Assembly (NCBI RefSeq): GCF_963921235.1
Contig: NC_086118.1
Span: forward strand, 23,934,001-23,998,000
Length of the DNA stretch: 64,000 nucleotides
Source of the DNA: Mobula hypostoma
Taxonomy: Eukaryota
Direction of reading: 5' to 3'
The position numbers and the translations under genes are program-made. Below, in pieces: positions 63,360 to 64,000 of the stretch (position 1 is the first letter of the stretch; every line of letters starts with the position of its first letter). Below the pieces are notes generated by a model that saw only the letters and a program-made list of their open reading frames with translations, had not been told where the DNA came from and searched no databases.

Positions 63360-64000
63360 AAAACACAAGAGATTCTGCAGATGCTGGAAATCCAGAGCAA
63401 CACACACATGATGTTGGAGGAACTCAGCAGGCCCGGTAGCAGCTATGAAGGAGTCAATGTTTCGGGCTGAATTCCATTATCAGAACTGGAAAGGAAGGGG
63501 GAAAATGCCAGAATGAGAAGGTGGGGGTGGGGAGAGAGGAAGGAGAACAAGCTAGAAGGTGAAGCCAGGTGGGTGGAAAAGGTAAAGGGCTGAAGAAGAA
63601 AAAATCTGATAGGAGAGGAGAGTGGATCATGGGAGAAAGGGAAGAAGGAGGAGCACCGGGGGAGGTGATAGGCAGGGGAAGAGAAGGGAGAAGGGGCCAG
63701 AGTGAGGAATAGAAGAAAAGATAAGGGGAGAGGAGGGAAAAAGTAGAAATGAGAAAAATATTACCACGAGGAGAAAGTAATGTTCATGCCATCAGCTTGG
63801 AAGCTGCCTAGATGGAATATGAAGCATTTCTCCTCTACCCTGTGAGTGGGCTCATGACAGAAAAGGAGGCCATGGACCAACATGTTGGTGTGGGAATGGG
63901 GACAGGAATTAAAGTAGCTGGCCACTGGAAAATTCCATTTTTGGTGATGGAACAGAGGTGCTCACAGCAAAGCAGTCCCCCAGTTTACACCAGCTCTCAC
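63360..64000 (-). mobile_element. Penelope-like element 3' end (runs off the window)
   Basis: Antisense GIY-YIG C-terminus (~63775-63935), purine-rich linker, decayed hammerhead ~63452-63487, TCTGCAGATGCTGGAAAT terminus. Confidence 0.85.

Overview
Eukaryotic, repeat-dense, non-genic (intronic or intergenic) DNA. The repeat set (HE1-type V-SINEs, CR1, Rex1/Babar, RTE, Penelope) points to a cartilaginous fish, probably a ray or skate; this is an inference. I could not identify a host exon with confidence; there is one candidate 34-nt micro-exon. About half the window is transposable elements: a near-full-length CR1 LINE with an intact esterase-type ORF1, several truncated CR1, Rex1/Babar, RTE and L1 copies, a two-LTR Ty3/Gypsy element with a PNMA-like gag and a deleted integrase, solo LTRs, tRNA-derived SINEs, three Tc1-derived non-autonomous elements, a hAT/Charlie remnant and many Penelope-like element (PLE) fragments. 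The most interesting structures are: (i) minimal hammerhead-ribozyme motifs in the PLE fragments, including a 289-bp TSD-flanked, non-coding palindromic insert with one ribozyme motif on each strand; (ii) a ~375-bp fold-back duplication inside a 37-bp tandem array within a solo LTR; (iii) a Tc1 derivative whose right end is a 57-bp TIR-TIR mini-element; (iv) multi-level nested insertions with readable TSDs. Family names come from motif recognition, not database searches. Boundaries without a TSD are approximate.
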